Under the pieces are notes generated by a model. The model made no database searches, was not told the origin of the DNA, and saw nothing but the letters and a program-made list of their open reading frames with translations. DNA of 63,654 nt, the filler included, from Octopus bimaculoides (lineage: Eukaryota): assembly GCF_001194135.2 (NCBI RefSeq). It is 6 parts of 6 records of this genome, joined end to end, with 100 filler letters (N's around TTAATTAATTAA, not from the genome) between each part and the next. Parts side by side here need not be neighbours in the genome. Positions count along the whole stretch, not along the records: positions 50,799 to 58,049 come from NC_068994.1; positions 58,150 to 61,953 come from NC_068981.1; positions 62,054 to 63,654 come from NC_068993.1; 3 more parts are not named here. The stretch is one strand, 5' to 3'. Positions 52,020 through 63,654 of the stretch are shown one piece after another. The position numbers and the translations under genes are program-made. The stretch's first letter is position 1; every line of letters starts with the position of its first letter.

Positions 52020-53084
52020 NNNNNNNNNNNNNNNNNNNNNNNNNNNNNNNNNNNNNNNNNNNNNNNNNNNNNNNNNNNNNNNNNNNNNNNNNNNNNNNNN
52101 NNNNNNNNNNNNNNNNNNNNNNNNNNNNNNNNNNNNNNNNNNNNNNNNNNNNNNNNNNNNNNNNNNNNNNNNNNNNNNNNNNNNNNNNNNNNNNNNNNNN
52201 NNNNNNNNNNNNNNNNNNNNNNNNNNNNNNNNNNNNNNNNNNNNNNNNNNNNNNNNNNNNNNNNNNNNNNNNNNNNNNNNNNNNNNNNNNNNNNNNNNNN
52301 NNNNNNNNNNNNNNNNNNNNNNNNNNNNNNNNNNNNNNNNNNNNNNNNNNNNNNNNNNNNNNNNNNNNNNNNNNNNNNNNNNNNNNNNNNNNNNNNNNNN
52401 NNNNNNNNNNNNNNNNNNNNNNNNNNNNNNNNNNNNNNNNNNNNNNNNNNNNNNNNNNNNNNNNNNNNNNNNNNNNNNNNNNNNNNNNNNNNNNNNNNNN
52501 NNNNNNNNNNNNNNNNNNNNNNNNNNNNNNNNNNNNNNNNNNNNNNNNNNNNNNNNNNNNNNNNNNNNNNNNNNNNNNNNNNNNNNNNNNNNNNNNNNNN
52601 NNNNNNNNNNNNNNNNNNNNNNNNNNNNNNNNNNNNNNNNNNNNNNNNNNNNNNNNNNNNNNNNNNNNNNNNNNNNNNNNNNNNNNNNNNNNNNNNNNNN
52701 NNNNNNNNNNNNNNNNNNNNNNNNNNNNNNNNNNNNNNNNNNNNNNNNNNNNNNNNNNNNNNNNNNNNNNNNNNNNNNNNNNNNNNNNNNNNNNNNNNNN
52801 NNNNNNNNNNNNNNNNNNNNNNNNNNNNNNNNNNNNNNNNNNNNNNNNNNNNNNNNNNNNNNNNNNNNNNNNNNNNNNNNNNNNNNNNNNNNNNNNNNNN
52901 NNNNNNNNNNNNNNNNNNNNNNNNNNNNNNNNNNNNNNNNNNNNNNNNNNNNNNNNNNNNNNNNNNNNATATATATGTATGCATATATGTATGCATGTGT
53001 GTGTATGTATGTGTGTATATATGTGTGTATGTGTGTGTATATGTATGAGTTTTAGTTGCAACACGCACTTAATATCTTTTCTAC

Positions 53085-53172
53085 TATAGGCACAAGGCCC
53101 GAAATTTTGTAGAAAGGGGCTTAGTCGATTATATCCACTCCAGAGGAGTATTGGGGTCGATGTAATCGAATG
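53085..53172 (-). mobile_element. SINE family 2, 3' fragment
   Basis: ggcacaaggcccgaaatttt...agtcgatt. Confidence 0.6.
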
Positions 53173-53992
53173 ACCACACGGAATCACTGGACGCAAGGAA
53201 GCCAGACATAACTCGTTTGGGTATGGTCCTCTTTCTAATAGTATACTACTAACTGTATTAACTTGTAATTTAGGAGAATTAGTGTGTTTATGCATCTCTC
53301 AGTAACATTAGCAGAGTAAATGGAATACCTATACATGCAATCACAAACGAAGATTTAATTCCCTCTCCTCTCCATTCTTGATGTCTTTTAATGAAATGTA
53401 TCATAGAAATTTATGTCCGAAATTATCGTGAGTGAAGTTTAAAAAAAGGGACAATTAGGTATGTTGCGGCTTTGATGCCTTTCACATAATTATCACAGAC
53501 ATAACAACGTTTAAATCGCAAACTACAAAACCGAACTTCCCGGTGAGCATAAGCAGTTAGCGAGAGTCGACACTATGCTGGCACAACTGTTGCTTCACAG
53601 TTAGCCCCACTAGTTGCTAAAACAGCCTGTCGCTTGCTTTTATAGCTGCTCCCTTTCAAACAGATTCGGGGAAAAGGGATGCAAATGCGTAGGAATGCAG
53701 AACTGATGTCGCTTCTGTGGCAGAAAATTCGTGCGCATGCATGCGAAAGTGGATGCATGTTTGGATGCATTATACAGGGGTGTGGTCGGAGGTGTGTGAA
53801 TGGGACAAATGGATAAATGAATACGTGAAATGTGAAGAATGTGTGCTGCAGTGATGATAGCACACGACATATATATATATGAACATGTACTCTTCAACAG
53901 GACGAAATTGTGTATGTCAGCATGTGAGCGTGTGCATGCGCGCACGTGTATGTGCGTGTGTGAGCGTGTGCGGATTTATGCGTGTGTTTATT

Positions 53993-54043
<51 letters not shown>

Positions 54044-54576
54044 NNNNNNNNNNNNNNNNNNNNNNNNNNNNNNNNNNNNNNNNNNNNNNNNNNNNNNNNN
54101 NNNNNNNNNNNNNNNNNNNNNNNNNNNNNNNNNNNNNNNNNNNNNNNNNNNNNNNNNNNNNNNNNNNNNNNNNNNNNNNNNNNNNNNNNNNNNNNNNNNN
54201 NNNNNNNNNNNNNNNNNNNNNNNNNNNNNNNNNNNNNNNNNNNNNNNNNNNNNNNNNNNNNNNNNNNNNNNNNNNNNNNNNNNNNNNNNNNNNNNNNNNN
54301 NNNNNNNNNNNNNNNNNNNNNNNNNNNNNNNNNNNNNNNNNNNNNNNNNNNNNNNNNNNNNNNNNNNNNNNNNNNNNNNNNNNNNNNNNNNNNNNNNNNN
54401 NNNNNNNNNNNNNNNNNNNNNNNNNNNNNNNNNNNNNNNNNNNNNNNNNNNNNNNNNNNNNNNNNNNNNNNNNNNNNNNNNNNNNNNNNNNNNNNNNNNN
54501 NNNNNNNNNNNNNNNNNNNNNNNNNNNNNNNNNNNNNNNNNNNNNNNNNNNNNNNNNNNNNNNNNNNNNNNNNNNN

Positions 54577-54637
<61 letters not shown>

Positions 54638-55104
54638 GCGCATTCACACACAGATACTTACGTACGCGCACACACTGGCGCCGGTGATCACGGCACTTAC
54701 ACGCGCACACGTTCAAACCGTCCCTTCCTCCTACCTCCTCTTCACACGAGCCTTTCCTCTTTGCTTGTTTTATTTAGCAACAGGTAAAATATTTTTCATA
54801 CAGTAATGCACCCCACTCTCACTCCCTCTCTCTCTCTCTCCGCTTGCGACTTCCTCTCAACTGTTTCACATCAACACGCACATGTACATATGTCTACACA
54901 CTCATACATGCATACACACCGATAATGGCATACATACATACATACATACATACATACATACATACATACATACATAAATACACACATACATACGTACATA
55001 CACACATACACACGTACATACATACATTGACACATACATATAGATACAGATATGCGGACATATGCGTGTGTGTGTGTGTGCGTGCGTGCACGCACGTCTA
55101 TACG

Positions 55105-55259
55105 AATCGACTTATTCTGTCGGTGTCTTTTGTTGAACCGCTAGTTTACGGGAACAGAAACACACCAACAACGGTTGTCAAGCGACGGTGGGTGACAAAC
55201 ACAGACATTCACACAAAATACACACACACACACACACACAAATACACACACACGCGCAT

Positions 55260-55313
<54 letters not shown>

Positions 55314-55470
55314 GACAGGCTTCTTTCAATTTCCGTCTACCAAATCCACTCACAAGAATTTGGTCGGCTCGAGGCTCTAGTAGAAGATACTTGCCCAAGG
55401 TGTCACGCAGTGGGACTGAACCCGGAACCATGTAGTTGGGAAGCAAGCTTCTTACCACTCAGCCCCAAAC
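55105..55470 (-). mobile_element. SINE family 1
   Basis: Matches in-window copies. Confidence 0.85.
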
Positions 55471-56158
55471 CTGCACCTATATATATATAATAATAATAAC
55501 TAAATAATATATAATTATATGCATATATCCATACATATATGTACATACCTACATCTATATGTATACATACATGCATATATGGGTACAGGAGATCACAAAA
55601 AACGTTAAACACAATGAGAAACGAAAACATAAAGACGAACTTTTTTCGAACAACGAAAAAAACAAACAGAGAAACGAGACATGCAACATAAAGAGTATAC
55701 CCCTTCTTCAGTTGTCCCTGTTCCATTTACTCCGCGTTTCAAAGGCAAGGACAATACGCGACTTCGTTGGAACAGTCCTTCCCGCAAAGCAAATTAAATA
55801 AAATTTGGAATTTTTTGCGGAGGGTGAAAGTGTAAACAAGAACAGGACAGTGAGAACAAGNNNNNNNNNNNNNNNNNNNNNNNNNNNNNNNNNNNNNNNN
55901 NNNNNNNNNNNNNNNNNNNNNNNNNNNNNNNNNNNNNNNNNNNNNNNNNNNNNNNNNNNNNNNNNNNNNNNNNNNNNNNNNNNNNNNNNNNNNNNNNNNN
56001 NNNNNNNNNNNNNNNNNNNNNNNNNNNNNNNNNNNNNNNNNNNNNNNNNNNNNNNNNNNNNNNNNNNNNNNNNNNNNNNNNNNNNNNNNNNNNNNNNNNN
56101 NNNNNNNNNNNNNNAAGGAAGAGAAGAATAGGGGAGGGTTGGGAGATTATAATATATA

Positions 56159-56189
<31 letters not shown>

Positions 56190-56193
<4 letters not shown>

Positions 56194-56345
56194 GATGGGC
56201 TTCTTTCAGCTTCCGTCTACCAAATCCACTCACAAGGCCTTAATCGGCCGGAGGCTATAGCAGAAGACACTTGCCCAAGGTGCCACGCAATGGGACTGAA
56301 CCCGGAACCATGTGGTTGAAAAGCAAGCTTCTTACCACATAGCCA
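56190..56345 (-). mobile_element. SINE family 1, 5' part
   Basis: Matches in-window copies. Confidence 0.85.
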
Positions 56346-57181
56346 TGTCTACATATATGTTTTATAAAGAAAAAGAGCAGGCATATACATACATATCGAT
56401 ACTGGCATACTTCAAGGCTCGGGACATACACAAGTGAAGATATATACAATATGATATATAATAAACACACATACATGGTCTGAAATACACAATAACATAA
56501 TTATAAGATAACAACTTAAACAATTAATACTCTAAAAAGTAAATTTACAACGAACTGACACTAAATAGCGAAATAAGAATGAATATTGTATATATTCATT
56601 AATCTAATTATGGAAATTATTGCTGCAATTAATAAATATATCCACATAACTTTTTTGTATTACGTATTTTGTTTCTAGGTAAGAGTCTCTCGCCTTTTTA
56701 TCCGAACAATTACATACATACATACGTACATACACACATACATACATACATACGTACATACATACATACATACACACATACATACATACATACATACATA
56801 CATACATACATACATACATGCATGCATGCATACATACATATTTATGTACGTTCATATATACAAATATGCATGTGTATATATNNNNNNNNNNNNNNNNNNN
56901 NNNNNNNNNNNNNNNNNNNNNNNNNNNNNNNNNNNNNNNNNNNNNNNNNNNNNNNNNNNNNNNNNNNNNNNNNNNNNNNNNNNNNNNNNNNNNNNNNNNN
57001 NNNNNNNNNNNNNNNNNNNNNNNNNNNNNNNNNNNNNNNNNNNNNNNNNNNNNNNNNNNNNNNNNNNNNNNNNNNNNNNNNNNNNNNNNNNNNNNNNNNN
57101 NNNNNNNNNNNNNNNNNNNNNNNNNNNNNNNNNNNNNNNNNNNNNNNNNNNNNNNNNNNNNNNNNNNNNNNNNNNNNNNNN

Positions 57182-57215
<34 letters not shown>

Positions 57216-57909
57216 CATATATATGTATACATATACACACACATTGTGGGGGTATATATGTACATGTACATGAATATATATTTATGTGCATACACGCATG
57301 TATATACATACATACATGTATACATATATACACACAAACCCCCAAAATGTGTGTGTGTGTATATATGTGTGTGTGCGTATGTATGTGTGTTGTGTGTGTT
57401 GTGTGTGTTGTGTGCGTGTATGTTATACACATTGTGAGGGTATATACGTACATACATACATACATACATACATACATACATACGCATGAATATATATTTA
57501 TATATATTTATTATTGCGCGTTATATATGTATACACGCTGGCTCTCACACTCTCACACACATGTACAACCACACAAACACCCAAAATACAAACACCCATA
57601 CACACAGATGCAGATACATGCAAATTCGTCCCGTACGCAGTGCATGTACGATGCACGTAATCGAAGAAAATGCGCTGAAGCGACATCAGTTCTACATTCC
57701 TACATGTTGCATTCCATCTGTCATGGCAACAGGGCATGTTATAGAGATGAAGAAGGAAGGGGCTGGTTGAAGTGGAAGAATAGAGCACTTGGTGTATTGA
57801 TCTGGACTGTTTTTATTGGTTTACAATTGTGTTTATAGGTTGTCTATACAATCATCTTGCGCTTTTGTATCTTTGCATATTTAATATATAATTTCCAAAT
57901 ACACACCTG

Positions 57910-58007
<98 letters not shown>

Positions 58008-58016
58008 ATCTATTTA

Positions 58017-58049
<33 letters not shown>

Positions 58050-58149
58050 NNNNNNNNNNNNNNNNNNNNNNNNNNNNNNNNNNNNNNNNNNNNTTAATTA
58101 ATTAANNNNNNNNNNNNNNNNNNNNNNNNNNNNNNNNNNNNNNNNNNNN
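58050..58149. other. Assembly join spacer
   Basis: N44-TTAATTAATTAA-N44. Confidence 0.95.
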
Positions 58150-60236
58150 ATCAAAGAATATGTATAAGAATATGTATATGTATTTTTCCATATGTGTATT
58201 TTCATACACTGTTTTTAACAATTTCACCTTAATATCAGAGAATGTGTGACAATCAGTATGTAACACTACAAAGTTCATACAAAGCTTTATACTTTAAATA
58301 TATTTTATCATCAAAGAATGTATATATGCATTTTAATACTCAAACTGTTTTTTAACATTTTTTATTATTCTCAAAGACTTTTGATAATCTTTTTCTAAAA
58401 AAATGAAACCGGTTAAGTAAATAAATATTTAAAAAAATAAGTGCATTTTCAAACCTTCTTTCATATATATATATATATATATATATACATTTTTTAAATA
58501 TATGTTATGTTATTCTGCATCTCAGTTGCCTTTTAATTCATAAATCAATTCTACACATTCGGAAACCTTAGTAGGAGAGACATCTGGTGGGGAAAAATAT
58601 GAATTAAATTAAATGTCACTATCTCTTTCCAATTGATTGTTTTCTTTTTTAGATTGCATCGGTTCCCAATTTATTCCCGAGATATAGACAAAACTAATTT
58701 TCCAATACTCTAAGTCCCATAAACTTAACGTCATCGCAGTAACACTGTCTTTATGCACTGTTTCTGGAGTCAGGTCAACATACCATTAGTGTATATCTAC
58801 AATAAGTGTCATGTTCCTCATAGTAATGCAACGAACTACCACTTTCAGTAGACTTCAAAGTGTTAAACTCCATCACTTCATAGTACATATTTGCACAAAG
58901 AAGTGTCTACCGAGATTTAAGTCTGTTTGCCATGTGCTCTGTGTAACACAAGCCAGATGTATTCTGTTCGATGCAGCTCTCGAATATTAAGATTTCGTCT
59001 AAAGGCAATTTCTGCTATTCGTCACAGTTAGTGCATGAATTTTTTATTAAAACTTTTTTCCTGCCTTTTTATAGATTTACTTAGTGAAAGAAAAAATAAA
59101 TTCGAGTAGTTAAAAGTGATTATACGACACAATATTACTCTCTGGCTGTAAGAGTGTGTTTTTGTTTTTGTTTTTTTAATCTCTCTGTGCTGCTCTGTTA
59201 ACAATAATCCATTTAATATTTAATTCATGAGTGCTATTTTAAAAACAAAACACATAAAAGTAATTTTTTCTATGATGTCCTAATTCATCTGACGTAAATA
59301 TTTTAGTTCTGAAGCTGATTCATGCATTTTATAAGCAATAAAATATTGGAGATTAGCAAGCAATCTTTTCTTAATTCTCATTTTCCTCACTGAATTTATT
59401 TTTCGGTGTCATTTAGAGTCGGATTTAACGATACACTCATCTCAGTCATCTTTCTTCCCATCACCCATATTGTACCTGACCCTAGAAAGTCTGCTCCTGT
59501 AGTGTCTTCCATGCACAATTTTTTAATTTTTTTCTTGCGGCATTCAGCTTATACATTTTCAAAGAGAACGTTACTAACATAAATCTCACCAGTCTCTTTT
59601 GAATACCACGGAAACAGCACTATTCTCTGCACTAAAATCACTACAAAAATATTTTGTTTTCTTTTTAGACCATAACTGGTTTAAAATTCTAAATATCACG
59701 CGTTCTAACCTGCCCTTCACCACTCTGAAATCGACAAAATAACTATCAGTAATATACCACAATAAATTCTCTCAGTTATATAATAACCTTTTCTCTTATC
59801 AAACTGATTTTGTGTCAAATTAAAATTCTTATTAGTGTCCAGCTCAACTTATCGCCTGCAGCCGTCTGTAGAAAGATTTCCGAGTAAGAAGTCGGCTGTC
59901 GAGTTAAAGTATTGTCCTTCTAATTGATCATCAGGTTATGGTGATGGTTTCTAACAATCCTAGTTTGTAGAAGGAGGTTATAAATATTCACATACCTAAT
60001 TTGATTGCTCTCAACACTCGTCTGTTTTCTTTATTTCCTTGAAATCCTGATACCCTTCCTTTCTCTACCCCCTCCCTTTCTTTTTTCTTGAAATCTCCAG
60101 CTTCTCTTCTTCTACACATCTTGGATCTTTTTAGAAAGTTTACAATTTCCTTACCTAAATCTTTTCCAAATCTCTCTTTGCTTCTTTCTCTGAAATTTCT
60201 CTTTTTCGAAATAAGTTTGTCTAGGGCCCTTCAAAA

Positions 60237-61390
60237 TTTTGCTGTGGAGAAGTGTGTGGAGATGATCAGCGAGAGCGAAGTGGAATTCCGCAATGTCAAC
60301 ACAGAGGAACTGGGACTCCTGCTTAGACTGACATATGACAATGAATATCTTGACAAACATGACCTTAGAAGTATCCGCCCCAGTAGACGTTTAAGAGGTA
60401 GACCACCAGCAAGTACATCTATGGCTAGGAAGACCCCTATAGAGAGATGGAGCGGATGAACCAGAGCCATACGGATCCCCGCAGACGAATTTCAAGTAAA
60501 GAAAATGATCGCACATGCACTAGGAGCTAGTATGAGAGTTACCCTAAAAGGCCAGACGTTTAAGTTTAACAACAAAATATACGCCTAGGATGAGGGGGCA
60601 GCCATCGGGGTTAGCATCGCCGGTGATGTGGCCAACCTTTTCATGGTATGGTGGGACAGAAGGCTTAAATAACGCCTGACACAGAACTCCATACTCATGA
60701 ACATATACTCTCGCTATGTCGATGATATCAACGTAGTGGTAAAGTCACCCCCACAAGAGAGTACTCTTAAAATAGAAATAGAAACTAATAGTATGGAGAG
60801 CATCCAGCAAATAGCTAACTCCATCCACCAGAGTATTAAGGTCACGATAGACTACCCTACTAAACACCCTAACCATTGACTACCTGTACTAGATACAGAA
60901 CTCTGGCTGGAAACTGAATAATAAAACCCGAATCCTTCATTCACATTATGTCAAACCTAAGGCCTCCAAATACCTGATCCACTGGAACTAAGCTATTGCG
61001 GACAATGCCAAATTCAATATATTGATGGCAGACCTCATTAGAGTAATGAGAAGTGTGTCCGCATGTGCGACCCTACAGAGTTAAAGAGTCACATACAACA
61101 CTTCGTTCACCGCATGCAGTTCTCAGGATACAGCTATAGAGAAAGGATCAGAGTATACAAAGGAGCCATGACGAAATTTGAAACTATCATACGTAAGGAT
61201 AGGAATGGGATTTGCCCACTCTATAGGAGTAAGTTATGGAAAACCATTGAAAGGACTAAGAAGAAGATAGGGAAGGCCAACTCATGGTATGATAGCCACA
61301 AATACCAGAGTGTCATGTTCGTCGACACCATCCCTAGAGGCGAACTGGCGTACCGCTTTAGAAGGACCCTAGACAAATTTAAGCTATCGC
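60237..61390 (+). mobile_element. Penelope-like RT and thumb fragment with IFD-like insertion (Naiad-like)
   Basis: VNTEELGLLL...RPSRRLRGRPP...W; FKFNNKIY..DEGAAIGVSIAGDVANLFMVWWD; YSRYVDDIN; IDYP..HPN.*LPVLD; RMQFSGY; PLYRSK.W; SVMFVDTIP.GELA. Confidence 0.85.
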
Positions 61391-61394
61391 TGAA

Positions 61395-61584
61395 TTTATT
61401 CAATGACATTGGTAAAAGAATACATATGATGAGAAAGCAACCATACTACAGGATATGCCAATACACACAAAGAAATTAAGGTCGAAAGGCTGGATATAGT
61501 TGGCAGAGACCATCAAGACTAAAATGCTTTCTAATCGATGTGCCAATAGCAACAGATTATGACATTTCTCAAAAAGAAATGAAG
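61395..61584 (+). mobile_element. R4-type RLE fragment
   Basis: EKATILQDMPIHT...DIVGRDH..KCFLIDVPI..D.DISQKE. Confidence 0.7.
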
Positions 61585-61953
61585 AAGTAGTTTGCTTACC
61601 AACCACATAGTTCCGGGTTCAGTCCCACTGCGTGGCACCTTGGGCAAGTGTCTTCTACTATAGCCTCGGGCCGACCAAAGCCTTGTGAGTGGATTTGGTA
61701 GACGGAAACTGAAAGAAGCCCGTCGTATATATATGTATATATATGTATATGTATGTGTGTGTATATGTTTGTGTGTCTGTGTTTGTCCCCCCAACATCGC
61801 TTGACAACCGATGCTGGTGTGTTTACGTCCCCGTAACTTAGCGGTTCGGCAAAAGAGACCGATAGAATAAGTACTAAGCTTACAGAGAATAAGCCCTGGA
61901 GTCGATTTTCTCGACTAAAGGCGGTGCTCCAGCATGGCCACAGTCAAATGACT
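61585..61953 (+). mobile_element. SINE family 1, youngest-looking copy
   Basis: CpGs intact; runs into a gap. Confidence 0.9.
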
Positions 61954-62053
61954 NNNNNNNNNNNNNNNNNNNNNNNNNNNNNNNNNNNNNNNNNNNNTTA
62001 ATTAATTAANNNNNNNNNNNNNNNNNNNNNNNNNNNNNNNNNNNNNNNNNNNN
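61954..62053. other. Assembly join spacer
   Basis: N44-TTAATTAATTAA-N44. Confidence 0.95.
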
Positions 62054-62514
62054 ATATATATACAAAAATAAGAGGAATGACCAGCAAAAGTGGACTCCTA
62101 TATGCTAGAAATAGATGCCGAATCATCTAACCACGAAAAATATGTTCTCAGTAAAAATTTTGCGACACAACAGACTGTAAAAGTGACTGACAAATGAAAA
62201 AATACTAAATAAAAAAAAAACGATTAACCTACGTACCATGGTTTCATCTGTTAAAATTTACATAAGTAAATATCTGCAGGATCATCAGCGTAGTCTGTCG
62301 ATTTAAAAATATAATTTTCAGAACTGGACACAAGTGTGGCATTATTCTGTAGTAATGCTCTTATATAAATATAAACGAATAATTATATTCTTGGGAATAG
62401 AAATTTCCCTTATGATTTTTTTTTTTTTACACACTAGCTTCCTGAGAAAATTCTTGTAAAAGGTTTTTATCCTATTTTGAATTTATTAATCAAATATATA
62501 TATACATATATATA

Positions 62515-62945
62515 TACGTCTTGATTGTCACTTACTTGACCCTAACCAGTTGAGTATGTCCCGTGGTGACTCACGGTACGTGCCTCTCTGATCACGAGCA
62601 GACGTAGTGGGGGAGCATCATAGACATGTGATGAGAGGAATTATTTGGTGTTTGAATTTTTCATTTCTAGAAACAAGGGTGTTTTGTTCGTTATCCTTAA
62701 ACACACCTTATCCAGTGACCTTTTGAGCTGGACGGGCTACAGGTTCTGAAAAAAAATCTAACTGGGCCCCACCTGTAAACGTCATGCGCTGTTTATCTTG
62801 ATATGAGATCACCATGTTGCGTGCATATGGTTGTGATGCATATGCCCGATCTGATCCATTCAGACGGGTAGAAATGATGGGTATATTGGAGTTCGTATAT
62901 TTGTACCCTAGTGTCCCTTTGATGGCATACACTGCTCTCTTCGTC
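62515..62945 (+). mobile_element. Non-coding (AAT)n-tailed element, copy 2
   Basis: Homologous to 43462-43852 with an internal insertion; tail 62945-63059. Confidence 0.75.
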
Positions 62946-62997
62946 AATAATAATAATAATAATAATTATAATAATGATAATAATAATAATAATAATG

Positions 62998-63060
<63 letters not shown>

Positions 63061-63605
63061 TTCAATTTTTCTGCCACTAGCTCGACATAAAGGAGATGTA
63101 TTAAGCAAACGGTATGAGTTTTATATCAAGTGTGATTAGAAAAGTGGCATGTTAAACACAAGGATTAAAATCGATTTCCGGTCGTAAGCAATTCATTGCA
63201 GTTAACAGCACTTCGGTTCCGCTGAACTTGAGTTACGTTGCACTCCTGTTACGCTTCATATATCTCACAAATACACCACTACGTTTTATGATCATTTGCG
63301 AATTTGTGCGTGTGTGACTCGTAAATTCAAAAGATTTTATCTGAAAATTTATGATGGCTTTGTCAACACCAGGAATCAATAAAAATTTATTTCTGTTTCT
63401 ATCTATAACCTAAAGACTACAGCGCTCATCTGTTAACTTCTTTGACGATAACAAATACACGGACGCATACACACAGACGGAAACAAATATGAATATCAAC
63501 CTACCTGCTTACCTATGTGCTTACATACATACATATATTCATAATATCCACACTTGCACACTCGCGCACACAAACACACACACGCACTCGCGCACAAACA
63601 CATAC

Positions 63606-63654
<49 letters not shown>

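Noticed and set aside
55560-55860. Possible pseudo-LTR with GAAAC...GUA...CUGAAGA (type II order) on the minus strand
   Set aside because: Stem I does not pair, and there is no second copy in the window to test it.

Overview
AT-rich, microsatellite-dense, gap-ridden eukaryotic draft sequence. The SINE, LINE and microsatellite content points to a cephalopod, most likely Octopus (inference from family recognition, no database search). I could not support any host protein-coding gene. Almost every ORF in the track is a microsatellite or N-gap artefact or a decayed transposon frame. Recognisable content: several tRNA-derived SINE families, at least four R4/Dong-type RLE retrotransposon 3' ends that sit in or end in (TAA)n arrays, two L1/Tx1-like fragments, RTE and HERO-like remnants, four Penelope-like (PLE) fragments (one with an IFD-like insertion), three mariner elements and one Tc1. 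Five 100-bp TTAATTAATTAA spacers show that the window is six joined pieces. The main unexplained signal is a dense set of minimal type-I hammerhead ribozyme (HHR) motifs from several unrelated non-coding repeat families. They occur in three arrangements: (i) a tRNA-headed Pol III SINE carrying an intact HHR core (two copies), (ii) retrozyme-like tandem units about 280 and 530 nt apart, and (iii) head-to-head inverted pseudo-LTR pairs. Ribozyme calls come from reading core motifs and stems by eye; activity is untested.
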